Shown: one piece after another, positions 5,422 to 14,489 of the stretch
Position numbering within the stretch: position 1 is the stretch's first letter
Layout of the letters: each line of letters opens with the position of its first letter
IMG/VR virus record: IMGVR_UViG_3300002301_000008
Span: 1-32,962 of that record
Source of the DNA: a virus
Direction: 5' to 3' (one strand)
DNA: 32,962 nt
The notes under the pieces: model-generated
Seen by the model: the letters and a program-made list of their open reading frames with translations, nothing else
Database searches by the model: none
What the model was told of the DNA's origin: nothing
Program-made: the position numbers and the translations under genes

Positions 5422-6737
5422 TGGAACTATCAATAAAACAAACTACTGCCCTTGACCTTCTTGAAGATACTCGCACAAACGAGGTTCTTTTCGGAGGCGG
5501 GGCAGGTTGAAGCGGAGGAAAAACGGCTTTAGGCTGCTATTGGCAACTTAAACAAAGATTAAAATATCCCAATACTAGAGGATTAATCGGCAGAGCAGTC
5601 TTAAAGACACTTAAAGAAACTACCTTAGTCTCCTTCTTCCAGATAGCCAAGATGCAAGGAGTAGAAGCCAACAAGCATTTTAAATTCAATGCTCAATCCT
5701 CTACCTTAGAATTTCCTAATGGTTCTACTATCCTACTTAAAGACCTTTACTCCTACCCTTCTGACCCCAACTTTGATGAATTAGGTTCATTAGAGATTAC
5801 AGATGCTTTTATAGATGAGGCAAACCAAGTAGATGACAAAGCCAGAAATATTATTAAATCAAGGATAAGATTTCAGTTGGACCAAAACGATTTAGTACCT
5901 AAGATTCTTTACACTTGTAACCCTGCAAAGAATTGGGCATACTCGGAGTTTTATAAGCCACAACAAGACGGAAGTATTGCCAATAATAAAAGATTTATTG
6001 CTTCGTTAATAGATGACAACCCTTACATATCTAAACACTACAAAGAAAACCTTTTAACTTTAGATAAGGTTAGCAAAGAAAGATTACTCTTTGGTAACTG
6101 GGAATATTCCTCTGACCCTGCACAATTAATAGACTATGAAAAAATACTTGATTCATTTACCAATGCTTTTGTGCCTAGCGGCAACCCTTATATTACTTGC
6201 GATGTGGCACGTTTTGGTTCTGATAGTACTGTTATTGGGATATGGAGTGGACTTCGTGTTAAACTATATCAATACAATGGTAAATCGGTTGTTGAAGTTG
6301 CTGAACTTATAAAGAACTTTGCATTAGAACATAAAGTACCTTATTCAAACATTGTGGTCGATGAAGATGGGGTAGGCGGTGGGGTAGTTGATATTCTTAG
6401 GTGTAAAGGATTTGTAAACAATAGCACTGCGTTAAAGAATCCAGTAAATCACGCTAAAGAAAACTTTGACAACCTTAAATCGCAATGTTATTACAAGTTA
6501 GCCGAATTAATAAACGATAGCAAAATATTTATCAATGCTGACGGGAAACAAAAGCAAATGATAATAGAGGAACTAGAACAAGTCAAACAAAAGAATGTTG
6601 ACAATGATTCAAGCAAAGGAATAATCCCAAAGGATAAAGTCAAAGCTGCAATAGGTCGTTCACCCGATTTTTCCGATTGTTTGGCTATGAGAATGTACTT
6701 TGAATATACTCCTAAATTTGTTGTAAGTGTTTTCTAA
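5421..6737 (+). CDS. terL: Terminase large subunit. The reading frame is interrupted by an in-frame TGA (5508..5510) inside the Walker-A loop.
   Basis: The frame from ATG 5421 reads ...VLFGGGAG*SGGKTALG.... Downstream are Walker B ITDAFIDEA, YTCNP, and the nuclease motifs CDVARFGSDS and VVDEDGVGGG. The ORF track only reports the part from Met 5652. Confidence 0.85.
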
Positions 6738-6748
6738 TATAAAATCTT

Positions 6749-6756
6749 TAACTTTG
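6749..6756 (+). promoter_or_regulatory. Candidate -7 box TAACTTTG upstream of the portal gene
   Basis: It matches TAnnTTTG in the 35-nt gap, 16 nt before ATG 6773. Confidence 0.3.
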
Positions 6757-6772
6757 ACATAAATGTACTAAT

Positions 6773-8194
6773 ATGGCTATTTGGGATATTTTCGCAAAAG
6801 CAAAAGCACCTAAAACAAAACCTCTTACTTCGGTATTGCCAATGAAAGGACCACTAGGTTCTTCTGTTTCAATAAATCGTGGAATTGTAACGTGGCAAGG
6901 TGCAGATGCACAGGGCTTTGTAAATGATGGATATGTAAGCAACGACATAGTTTATTCTATTGTTAGATTGATAACTGAAAAAGCAAAAATTGCTCCTTTT
7001 CACGTTTATAAAACAATCGATGAATTTTCTGCAAAAAAATATAAAGCATTAATGCAAAATCCTGACAAGATTACCAATTGGAAGGAAATGAAAGAACTTC
7101 ATGCGAAGGCATTTGAAATTTATACAGGCGACCAAAGATTAAACGAACTTTTGAAATTTCCTAATACTGAAGACACTTGGTCAGATATGGTTGAACAATG
7201 GTGTGCATTTAAACTTATCACAGGGAATTCATTCATTTATGGAAAACTTATTGAAGCAGGAGCAAACAAAGGAAAACCTTTGGAATTGTACCCACTCCCA
7301 GCCCAGTTTATGGCAATTATCGCAAACGTTGAAGTATTCCCTCCAGTTAGAGCAGGGTATCAATTATACTATGGTAAGTTGTGGTCATTTACAACTGAAG
7401 AAATTTTACACGACAAATACTTTAACCCGCAATGGAATATAACGGGTAATCAACTTTATGGGCAATCACCTTTAAAGGCTGCATCTAGGACTTTAACTAG
7501 AAGCAACGAAGCAAAAACTGCTTCAGTATCTGCGTTTCAAAATGGTGGACCTGCGGGAGTGTTGTTTATGAATGATGATAGATATGACCCAATAAGCGGA
7601 GCAGACCAAGCAATAGCATTAAAGAAATCAGTAAGCGATAAAGCAGGTAGCCAAAACTTTAATCAAATAGCCGTTTCAGGTTATAAAGTTGACTGGAAAG
7701 AAATAGGATTAAGCCCTGTTGAATTAGGAATCTTAGAAAGTGAAAAATGGGATATGCTAAGCCTTTGTAATATTTACGGAGTGCCATCGCAACTTTTAAA
7801 TGATGCAGCAAATAAAACTTACAACAATCAACAAGAAGGTGAAAAGGCTTTGACGTTGCGTTGTGCCATTCCTTTGTTAGTTTCATTAAGAGATAATTTA
7901 AATAGAAAACTTTGGACTGATTGGGGATATAAAGGCGAAAATGTTTATGTTGACTTTGATATTTCAGTTTATAAAGAACTTGAAGCCAATAAGACTGAAC
8001 AAGTGGCTTGGTTAGATAAGGCTTGGTGGTTAACTCCTAAGCAAAAATATGAGGAGATGGGTATGGAGATTCCTGATTATGTGGACCAAACCGAACTTGA
8101 AAAACTATACATTCCGAGCAATATTGCACCAATGGATACTTTTGCACCTTTGGAAGTACCTAAAAATCTTAATGACCTTTTAAATAATAAATAA
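6773..8194 (+). CDS. Portal protein (HK97-family type)
   Basis: The protein is 473 aa and lies directly after TerL. It carries motifs such as GNSFIYG and SEKWDMLSLCNIYGVPSQLL. Confidence 0.85.
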   Translation: MAIWDIFAKAKAPKTKPLTSVLPMKGPLGSSVSINRGIVTWQGADAQGFVNDGYVSNDIVYSIVRLITEKAKIAPFHVYKTIDEFSAKKYKALMQNPDKITNWKEMKELHAKAFEIYTGDQRLNELLKFPNTEDTWSDMVEQWCAFKLITGNSFIYGKLIEAGANKGKPLELYPLPAQFMAIIANVEVFPPVRAGYQLYYGKLWSFTTEEILHDKYFNPQWNITGNQLYGQSPLKAASRTLTRSNEAKTASVSAFQNGGPAGVLFMNDDRYDPISGADQAIALKKSVSDKAGSQNFNQIAVSGYKVDWKEIGLSPVELGILESEKWDMLSLCNIYGVPSQLLNDAANKTYNNQQEGEKALTLRCAIPLLVSLRDNLNRKLWTDWGYKGENVYVDFDISVYKELEANKTEQVAWLDKAWWLTPKQKYEEMGMEIPDYVDQTELEKLYIPSNIAPMDTFAPLEVPKNLNDLLNNK

Positions 8195-8697
8195 TGATAA
8201 ACGATTTAGAAAAACAAATCAGCGAATTAGAAGCACAATTCAAGCAATTAAAAGCATTCAACGATATTGAAATGTCTGAACCAATTGAGCAAGTAGAAAG
8301 CCCAAATGAACCAAACGAAGACACTCCACAAGATAATTTTGCGGACTTTGTTGGATATTTAAAATCTTCATTTGACCAAGCCATTGTATGGCATCATCAA
8401 ACCAATGTTAATTCAATGCACAAAGCATTAAATAACTTTTACGATGAAATATTAGAATTAACAGACGGATTAGTTGAAAGCGTAAGCGGTATTTATGGTC
8501 GTCCAGTTGATTATGCAATTATTCAACCAATGAACTATCAAAACCCTGAGCAAGTAATGGCATACTTCCAAGAATGTTATAAAGAAATTCAAGATGATAG
8601 AACAACCATTTATCAAGAAACTTGGATTCAAAATCAAGTAGATGGAATTGCTACTTTATTCGCAGAAACTATTTATTTGCTATCATTAAATAAATAA
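8194..8697 (+). CDS. Head-module protein of unknown function. It has an N-terminal coiled coil, an acidic linker and a helical domain with Dps/ferritin-like ligand spacing.
   Basis: The ORF track gives 167 aa. WHHQTNVNSMHKALNNFYDEILELTDGLVES contains H-x8-H-x14-D-x3-E; Dps has H-x11-H-x14-D-x3-E. Confidence 0.55.
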   Translation: MINDLEKQISELEAQFKQLKAFNDIEMSEPIEQVESPNEPNEDTPQDNFADFVGYLKSSFDQAIVWHHQTNVNSMHKALNNFYDEILELTDGLVESVSGIYGRPVDYAIIQPMNYQNPEQVMAYFQECYKEIQDDRTTIYQETWIQNQVDGIATLFAETIYLLSLNK

Positions 8698-9566
8698 TGA
8701 ACCAATACAAGAAATTGTATGCAAGAGCACTCAAGACGTATTCCCCTAAGTTTAAAAAAGAACTTCAAGCACAGGTGGATGCGTTTTGTCGTACCCAGTC
8801 ATTAGAGGATTTGCCCACTAAAGGCTTAAAACAAACGATTTATTCGCTTCACATAGCAATGGGTACACAAATGGCAGAAAGTTCCTACAAAGGGCTAAAA
8901 AAGGGCTTAAAATCGAATTTACCGAATGAACATAAGGGATATTTTAGTGATTTATGGCAAAGTGTCATAGTTCGCTACCTAGATTACAAAGGTCTAGCCC
9001 AACTTATTAAGGATATTACCGACACTACAAGGCAACAAATTCAACGCTATCTTAAAAAAGGAATTGAGGAAGGATTGACCTTAAAAGAAACAATAAAGAA
9101 TTTAAAGACTGCAGGTATTACGGATTATAGAGCCGAACTTATTGCAAGAACCGAAACGGCAAAAGCTGCTAACACAGGTTCAGTAGTCGGTGCAATTTCA
9201 ACAGGATTAAGAACGAATAAGATTTGGATTAGTACTTTAGATAACCGTACAAGAATTATTCCTAGAGATAAAAACGACCATTATCATATGTACGGAATAC
9301 AAGTACCAATTGATTCAAAATTTGAAGTGCCTAGTTTAGATAATTTAGGGTTTGAGTATATGGATTATCCAGGTGACTTTCACGCATCCGCAGGGAATGT
9401 TTGTAATTGCCGTTGCACAATCGGGTATCAAGTCGTAAAAGATGCGAATAATGATTATGTAACCTATGACACAAATCCACCAAAAGGAGATATGGGAATG
9501 ATATGGAATATGCTAAACGATAAAAACAATAACGACGTTTATTCTTTAATTTCACAAGCATTATAA
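8697..9566 (+). CDS. Head morphogenesis protein (Mu F / SPP1 gp7 family)
   Basis: It contains RAELIARTETAKAANTGS ... WISTLDNRTR ... CNCRCT, as in Phage_Mu_F proteins. Confidence 0.85.
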   Translation: MNQYKKLYARALKTYSPKFKKELQAQVDAFCRTQSLEDLPTKGLKQTIYSLHIAMGTQMAESSYKGLKKGLKSNLPNEHKGYFSDLWQSVIVRYLDYKGLAQLIKDITDTTRQQIQRYLKKGIEEGLTLKETIKNLKTAGITDYRAELIARTETAKAANTGSVVGAISTGLRTNKIWISTLDNRTRIIPRDKNDHYHMYGIQVPIDSKFEVPSLDNLGFEYMDYPGDFHASAGNVCNCRCTIGYQVVKDANNDYVTYDTNPPKGDMGMIWNMLNDKNNNDVYSLISQAL

Positions 9567-9574
9567 AAAAATTA

Positions 9575-9582
9575 TAACTTTG
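9575..9582 (+). promoter_or_regulatory. Candidate -7 box TAACTTTG inside the 6-3-6 palindrome tataac-ttt-gttata
   Basis: It matches TAnnTTTG, with 4 nt between the box and ATG 9587. Confidence 0.3.
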
Positions 9583-9586
9583 TTAT

Positions 9587-10288
9587 ATGGGTAAAATACA
9601 ATTAAAAGATATTAACGATTCTATAATGGACGTTAGTACAAAGACAAGAACTGTTAAAGCAGTATGGTCAAGAATGAATAATATTGATTTAGACAACGAT
9701 ATTATCGTGCCTGAAGCATTCACTAAGACATTAACTGAACGTGGACCAAAGGCTAAGAATATGATTTGGTCTTTAGTTGACCACAAAGCCGATATGAATC
9801 ACGTTATAGGAAAACCTAGTGAGCTTTATGTTGATGGCGACAAATTGGTAGCCGTTACTCAAATTGTAAAGACACAAGCAGGAGAAGATTTAATTAAACT
9901 TTACGATGCTGGGTTAATCAATCAACATTCAATCGGGTTTAGCACAATCAAACAAAGCGAATCAAAAAGCGGAGTAAGAACAATCAGTGAATTAAAACTT
10001 TACGAAGGTTCTGCGGTATTGTGGGGTGCGAATCCTGAAACACCTACTTTGGGCTTCAAATCAGAAAACAAAGAATCATTATCTTTGCGTTTAGACAATC
10101 TATTAAAAGCAATTACTAAAGGGAATTATTCCGATAGTACTTACGAATTAATGGAATCCGAAATAAAGAGAATCCAACAATCATTATTAACTATCACTCA
10201 ACCCGATACTTCAGTTGAGCCGAAAACAATAAAAGAGGCTGAGATGCTCAAAGCAATCAAAGAATTTAATAAACTATTTAAAAATTAA
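9587..10288 (+). CDS. Prohead maturation protease (HK97 / S78 type)
   Basis: It lies between the Mu-F-like gene and the capsid gene. It carries DLDNDIIVPEAF ... HK ... GK ... HSIGF motifs. Confidence 0.8.
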   Translation: MGKIQLKDINDSIMDVSTKTRTVKAVWSRMNNIDLDNDIIVPEAFTKTLTERGPKAKNMIWSLVDHKADMNHVIGKPSELYVDGDKLVAVTQIVKTQAGEDLIKLYDAGLINQHSIGFSTIKQSESKSGVRTISELKLYEGSAVLWGANPETPTLGFKSENKESLSLRLDNLLKAITKGNYSDSTYELMESEIKRIQQSLLTITQPDTSVEPKTIKEAEMLKAIKEFNKLFKN

Positions 10289-10291
10289 AAA

Positions 10292-11386
10292 ATGGAAAAT
10301 TTAGAATTAATCAATGAAATGGCTGAGAACGTAAAAGGCTTAAAAGCTGACGTTTCTGCTAACATTGATGCTGTAAAAAGCGAAATTAAAGTCGTAAAAG
10401 ACGAAATGCAAAAGCAATTTGATATTGCTGCCGCTGCACAAAAGAAAGCTGATAGCCGTGAGGTTAAAGCATTTGATGAATTAATCATCGAAAAATTAGA
10501 TGGTAGAATGGACGAAATGGAGAAAACCTTAAAGCAAGGTGGTAAATTCCGTTTAGAAATGCCAGAAGCAAAGACAATGACTATCGCAGGTAACGTTACA
10601 GGAAATCCCGTGACAACTTACTCTTTACGTCCAGCTTTGCAACCTGCTCAATTGATTAACTTCCGTGACTTAGTTCCAACTGTACGTTCTGAAAGTGGTC
10701 TTTATACTTTCTACAAAGAGAACACTGGCGAAACTAATAACATTGCTTCTCAAACTGAAGGTGCTGCTAAAGGTCAAAACGATTATAGCTTGACTGAAAC
10801 TAAGATTGTAAACTCTTACATCGCAGGTTTCTCTCGTTTCTCTAAGCAAATGATGAGAAGTTTACCTTTCTTATCTCAATCTTTACCAAGAATGTTACAA
10901 AGAGATTTCTTCAAAGCGGAGAATGCTTCTTTCTTTGGTACTGTAAGTGGTGCTGCAACTGGAACTGCAACTACAACTGAAACTGTTGACTTAAAGCAAT
11001 TAGTTCAATTGATAGCTAACCAAAAAGCTGCAAACTTCAATCCTTCTTACATTTTAGTATCTCCTGCTCAACAATCAAAAATCTTGATTGACACAATTAA
11101 CGCAGGTTACTATGTAGGTTCAGGTAGTGTACAAATCGGAACTGGTGGTGACATCACAATCTGGGGTGTACCTGTTATTTCTGCTACTTGGGTTACCAAC
11201 GATAAAGCATTAGTTATTGATGCTGATTACATCGAAAGAGTAGAGGTTGAAGGTATCGCAATTGAGTTCGCTTATGAAGATAGCGACAACTTCCAAAAGA
11301 ACTTAGTAACTGCTCGTATCGAGTGCTACGAAGCGATTAACTTAATGTTGCCAGGTTCTGCTATCTACGCTACATTGAATGCATAA
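10292..11386 (+). CDS. Major capsid protein (HK97 fold) with an N-terminal coiled-coil delta domain
   Basis: The protein is 364 aa and follows the protease. A strong terminator follows it. The N-terminal roughly 100 aa are helical and rich in Ala, Lys and Glu. Confidence 0.85.
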   Translation: MENLELINEMAENVKGLKADVSANIDAVKSEIKVVKDEMQKQFDIAAAAQKKADSREVKAFDELIIEKLDGRMDEMEKTLKQGGKFRLEMPEAKTMTIAGNVTGNPVTTYSLRPALQPAQLINFRDLVPTVRSESGLYTFYKENTGETNNIASQTEGAAKGQNDYSLTETKIVNSYIAGFSRFSKQMMRSLPFLSQSLPRMLQRDFFKAENASFFGTVSGAATGTATTTETVDLKQLVQLIANQKAANFNPSYILVSPAQQSKILIDTINAGYYVGSGSVQIGTGGDITIWGVPVISATWVTNDKALVIDADYIERVEVEGIAIEFAYEDSDNFQKNLVTARIECYEAINLMLPGSAIYATLNA

Positions 11387-11411
11387 TTCTAATGGTTAGA
11401 TAAATAAATTA

Positions 11412-11440
11412 CCCTCTACTTAAAACGTAGGGGGTTTTTT
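11412..11440 (+). terminator. Intrinsic terminator after the capsid gene
   Basis: The stem pairs ccctctac (11412..11419) with gtaggggg (11427..11434): 8 bp including one G-U. The loop is ttaaaac, followed by TTTTTT. Confidence 0.8.
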
Positions 11441-11453
11441 ATTATAATTAATG

Positions 11454-11461
11454 TAAATTTG
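11454..11461 (+). promoter_or_regulatory. Candidate -7 box TAAATTTG (extended TAAATTTGTAAAAAA, also seen at 25564)
   Basis: It matches TAnnTTTG, with 13 nt between the box and ATG 11475, directly after the terminator. Confidence 0.35.
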
Positions 11462-11474
11462 TAAAAAAGAGATT

Positions 11475-12026
11475 ATGTCTTTCTATAATTATTTAATTTC
11501 CTATCAGTTAGAAGATAATGGTACAATCACAGAACCAGTAACACTTGCAGAAGCTAAAAACTATTGTCGTGTAACTACATCAGCAGATGATGCCTTAATT
11601 ACCGATTTGATTACCGAAGCAAGAGAAGCAGTTGAAAAAGCAACAGGGTTATGTATTACATCAAAACTTGTTTCTATTTGGTTTAATAATCCATCGGGTT
11701 TTTTTACAATTCCTTATGGACCTATGGACATAACTACTTTTAAACTTTACGACAATGTTACAGGATTGGAAATATTGCCAATAAATTATAGATTGGTCGG
11801 CGATAAATATCCTAGCCTTTATCAGCCTATTTGGAATCAAATGAAGGCAACCTACACAAGTGGTATGGTAAGTGTCCCTAAAGACCTTAAAACGGCTATT
11901 TTGGACCAAATAGACTTTGATTATGAGAATAGAGGAGCAGATGTAGAAAGATACGACCAAACAGGGGTTTGTCAAAAGGCTTGGAGAGCTTGTCAAAGAT
12001 ATACTAGAATAAGTCCAATATTATAA
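11475..12026 (+). CDS. Head-tail connector (gp6-like / Phage_connect_1 type)
   Basis: VTLAEAKNYCRVTTSADDALITDLITEAREAVEKATG is the typical N-terminal signature. Confidence 0.7.
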   Translation: MSFYNYLISYQLEDNGTITEPVTLAEAKNYCRVTTSADDALITDLITEAREAVEKATGLCITSKLVSIWFNNPSGFFTIPYGPMDITTFKLYDNVTGLEILPINYRLVGDKYPSLYQPIWNQMKATYTSGMVSVPKDLKTAILDQIDFDYENRGADVERYDQTGVCQKAWRACQRYTRISPIL

Positions 12027-12027
12027 G

Positions 12028-12369
12028 ATGCAAATAGGTCAAAAAAAAGGTAGAAACGTTAATTCTTCAACGATGACTCGTAGGGCAGATTTATATCGAC
12101 CAACGACCACAAGTGATGGCGAGGGTGGATATACTACTGCTTTTACTTTGCAAGAAACTGTTTGGGGTGATTTTAGACCTGCAAAAAGTACTAGAACATT
12201 GTTGGAAAGCGAAAAAACATTCTATCAAGATGCTAAATTATTTCTTCGTTACGGAACTGTGATTAATGAAGAATACCAAGTTTATGTAGAAGGTAAAATG
12301 TACACTATTCAATCAATAAATGATGTAGATAATGCTCATCGTTTCTTAGAAATTAACTTTTATGGGTAA
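12028..12369 (+). CDS. Head closure / head-tail joining protein
   Basis: The call rests on position, size (113 aa) and the pattern R..L......DG.GG ... W ... YQV. Confidence 0.55.
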   Translation: MQIGQKKGRNVNSSTMTRRADLYRPTTTSDGEGGYTTAFTLQETVWGDFRPAKSTRTLLESEKTFYQDAKLFLRYGTVINEEYQVYVEGKMYTIQSINDVDNAHRFLEINFYG

Positions 12370-12946
12370 TTTAACAACTTATGGTTTTAGTGGTTTAATT
12401 GGTAAACTTGATACAATAAGCGAAAGACTAAAAATTCAATTAACTGGAGCAGTTGTTGAATCGGCTGATAATATTAGGAATAATGCAATTATGAATGCTC
12501 CTTCTGATGTTGGAACATTAAGAGGTTCAATACAAAAAGCAAATGTTTCATTTGATAATACAATAGCTTATAGAGTTTATAGTGATTTGTCTTATGCTCC
12601 TTATATGGAATTTGGCACAGGTGGGAAAGTAGATACTAGAGGATATGAGGAATTTGCAGGACAATTTAAAGGCAAAAGCGGTGGAACAATGCAAGAATTT
12701 ATTGAAGCATTAACTTTGTGGGTTGAAAGAAAAGGTATTGTAGGGACATATAGCATAAAAACACGCAAAAGAACAGGTAAAGCAGCAATACAAAACACTC
12801 AAAATAGACAAGCGGCTTGGGCAATAGCAATCTCAATATTAAAAAATGGACTTAGACCACAACCATTTTTATTACCTGCTTTTGAAAATGAGCAATTAAA
12901 TTTTCTAAATAATATTAAAACTGTCTTAAATAATGCTAAATCCTAA
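12362..12946 (+). CDS. HK97 gp10-like tail-completion protein
   Basis: NAPSDVGTLRGSIQ matches the gp10-family motif (AP.dtG.Lr.si). Confidence 0.6.
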   Translation: MGNLTTYGFSGLIGKLDTISERLKIQLTGAVVESADNIRNNAIMNAPSDVGTLRGSIQKANVSFDNTIAYRVYSDLSYAPYMEFGTGGKVDTRGYEEFAGQFKGKSGGTMQEFIEALTLWVERKGIVGTYSIKTRKRTGKAAIQNTQNRQAAWAIAISILKNGLRPQPFLLPAFENEQLNFLNNIKTVLNNAKS

Positions 12947-13340
12947 TGTAGAAATAAAAAAATATTTTGTTAGCACAATTGGAACTGCAACAGGATTAGG
13001 CGTTTATGATGGTATGGCTCCAATGACGGCAGGAAATGAATATATAATTCTTTCAGGCAGAACCTCAACTCAAGTTCAAGGAAAAAGTGGATATACAAAT
13101 ACAATTGTAATGATAGTTGACATTGTTACAAAAAATGCTAACTTTGGCTTTAAACGTTCAGAAACAATATCAAATATGATATTAGGAGTTATAAATTCTG
13201 ACACTAAAATAACCCTTCCAACAGGATGGGATGCTACGCAAATTTATGTAGATAGTGTTAGAAATTTAGATGCCTTAAATCCACTTGATAATGTTTTTAG
13301 AACATTAATAACATATAAATTAATAATAACTCAAAATTAA
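12933..13340 (+). CDS. Putative tail terminator / neck protein
   Basis: The call rests on position between the gp10-like gene and the major tail gene. The protein is 135 aa. Confidence 0.45.
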   Translation: MLNPNVEIKKYFVSTIGTATGLGVYDGMAPMTAGNEYIILSGRTSTQVQGKSGYTNTIVMIVDIVTKNANFGFKRSETISNMILGVINSDTKITLPTGWDATQIYVDSVRNLDALNPLDNVFRTLITYKLIITQN

Positions 13341-13346
13341 AATAAA

Positions 13347-13802
13347 ATGGCAGAATCTAAAGTATCAGCTAGAAGTTACCTATTATTCGCAGATGCAACA
13401 AATAGTGGCACCTACACAGTAGTAGCTTGTTTAACTTCAAACGCTATTACCTCAAGTAATAACGTAATCGACGCATCTTCTAAATGTGGGGATGACTACG
13501 AACCAGGACCAAATTTTAAACAATCAATCAAAGCAGAAGGTTTTGCAATTGACCAAACAGGAACAGAAAGTAAGGATTCTTATGACTTGCTTTATTCTTT
13601 GCATACTGCTAAGACTAAGTTTGCTATCAAAATGGGACCATCAAGTCCAAGCGCTGGTAATGTAACTTATGGTGGTACTGCTACTGACTTAGTGTTTATT
13701 TCTAATTGGGACTTAACTGCTCCTGATAAAGAAGATGTGAAATTTACTGCAACTTTTGAAGTAGTAAATCCTCCATTAAGTCAAGCTAGAGTAACATCAT
13801 AA
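13347..13802 (+). CDS. Major tail protein
   Basis: The gene lies immediately upstream of the G/GT chaperone pair and the tape measure gene. The protein is 151 aa and rich in Ser and Thr. Confidence 0.6.
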   Translation: MAESKVSARSYLLFADATNSGTYTVVACLTSNAITSSNNVIDASSKCGDDYEPGPNFKQSIKAEGFAIDQTGTESKDSYDLLYSLHTAKTKFAIKMGPSSPSAGNVTYGGTATDLVFISNWDLTAPDKEDVKFTATFEVVNPPLSQARVTS

Positions 13803-13815
13803 AAACCTAAAAAAT

Positions 13816-14178
13816 ATGTTTGAATTAAGACTGAACAACAACACAATCCATTTGAAGTGGGGAACTTGGGCTATGCGTGAGTTTTGCAAAGAATACGAAA
13901 TTACTTTAGAAAAGTATTTTGAAATTCTTGCTACTTCACAAAAAGACATAAATGTAATTATTAAACTTTTTTATATTGGTTACAAGTCAGCTTGTATCAG
14001 TAAAAAAGAAGAAATTTTACATACCGAAGATGAAGTTTGCGAATGGATAGATGAAATAGGCTCAATTTTTAAAGTAGATGGACAATTGGTAGATTATTTT
14101 AAATACATACTATCAAATACTAATATTGATGTTAGTGGTCCAAAAGAAACCGAGAAAAAAAAAGCCTCAAAAAGTTAA
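13816..14178 (+). CDS. Tail assembly chaperone (gpG-like)
   Basis: The gene lies before the tape measure gene. It ends ...ETEKKKASKS just after an A9 slippery run. Confidence 0.7.
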   Translation: MFELRLNNNTIHLKWGTWAMREFCKEYEITLEKYFEILATSQKDINVIIKLFYIGYKSACISKKEEILHTEDEVCEWIDEIGSIFKVDGQLVDYFKYILSNTNIDVSGPKETEKKKASKS

Positions 14179-14483
14179 CTTGGGATGATATTCTAGTAAA
14201 AGCTGCTGAGTGCGGAATAAGACCTAGTGAATTTTGGGAGATGACTTGGAAAGATTATAGTATTATAGTTTTGGGAACGGAAAGAAGGGAAGTAAATGAA
14301 TGGGCGAGGACACGAAACCTCGCCTATATTATATATCTAAGTAATAGTGCAGACAAGCATCCCAAATCAATAACTTCATTTTGGCATATTCCTCAAATAG
14401 ATGACATTGAAGAGCCTGAAGAAGAACAATATTTATCAAGTGACCAACTTTCACGAACTTTGGAACTATACGGAATAAATTAA
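13816..14483 (+). CDS. Tail assembly chaperone G-T fusion produced by a -1 frameshift near 14157..14163
   Basis: The -1 frame continues ...KKSLKKLTWDDILVKAAECGIRPSEFWEMTWKDY... into track ORF 14241..14483, which has no independent start context. Confidence 0.65.
14155..14163 (+). promoter_or_regulatory. -1 programmed frameshift slippery site (A AAA AAA within gagAAAAAAAAAgcc)
   Basis: The zero frame reads GAG AAA AAA AAA GCC. The -1 frame is open from 14136 through 14483. Confidence 0.7.
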
Positions 14484-14489
14484 AATATT

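Noticed and set aside
7191-7442. Alternative-frame + strand ORFs inside larger genes (7191..7442 in portal, 22401..22583 in the fibre, 25623..25823, 27772..27957)
   Set aside because: They are embedded out of frame in genes with clear family motifs, and nothing indicates independent initiation. 25623..25823 is strikingly basic, but I see nothing supporting an overprinted gene.
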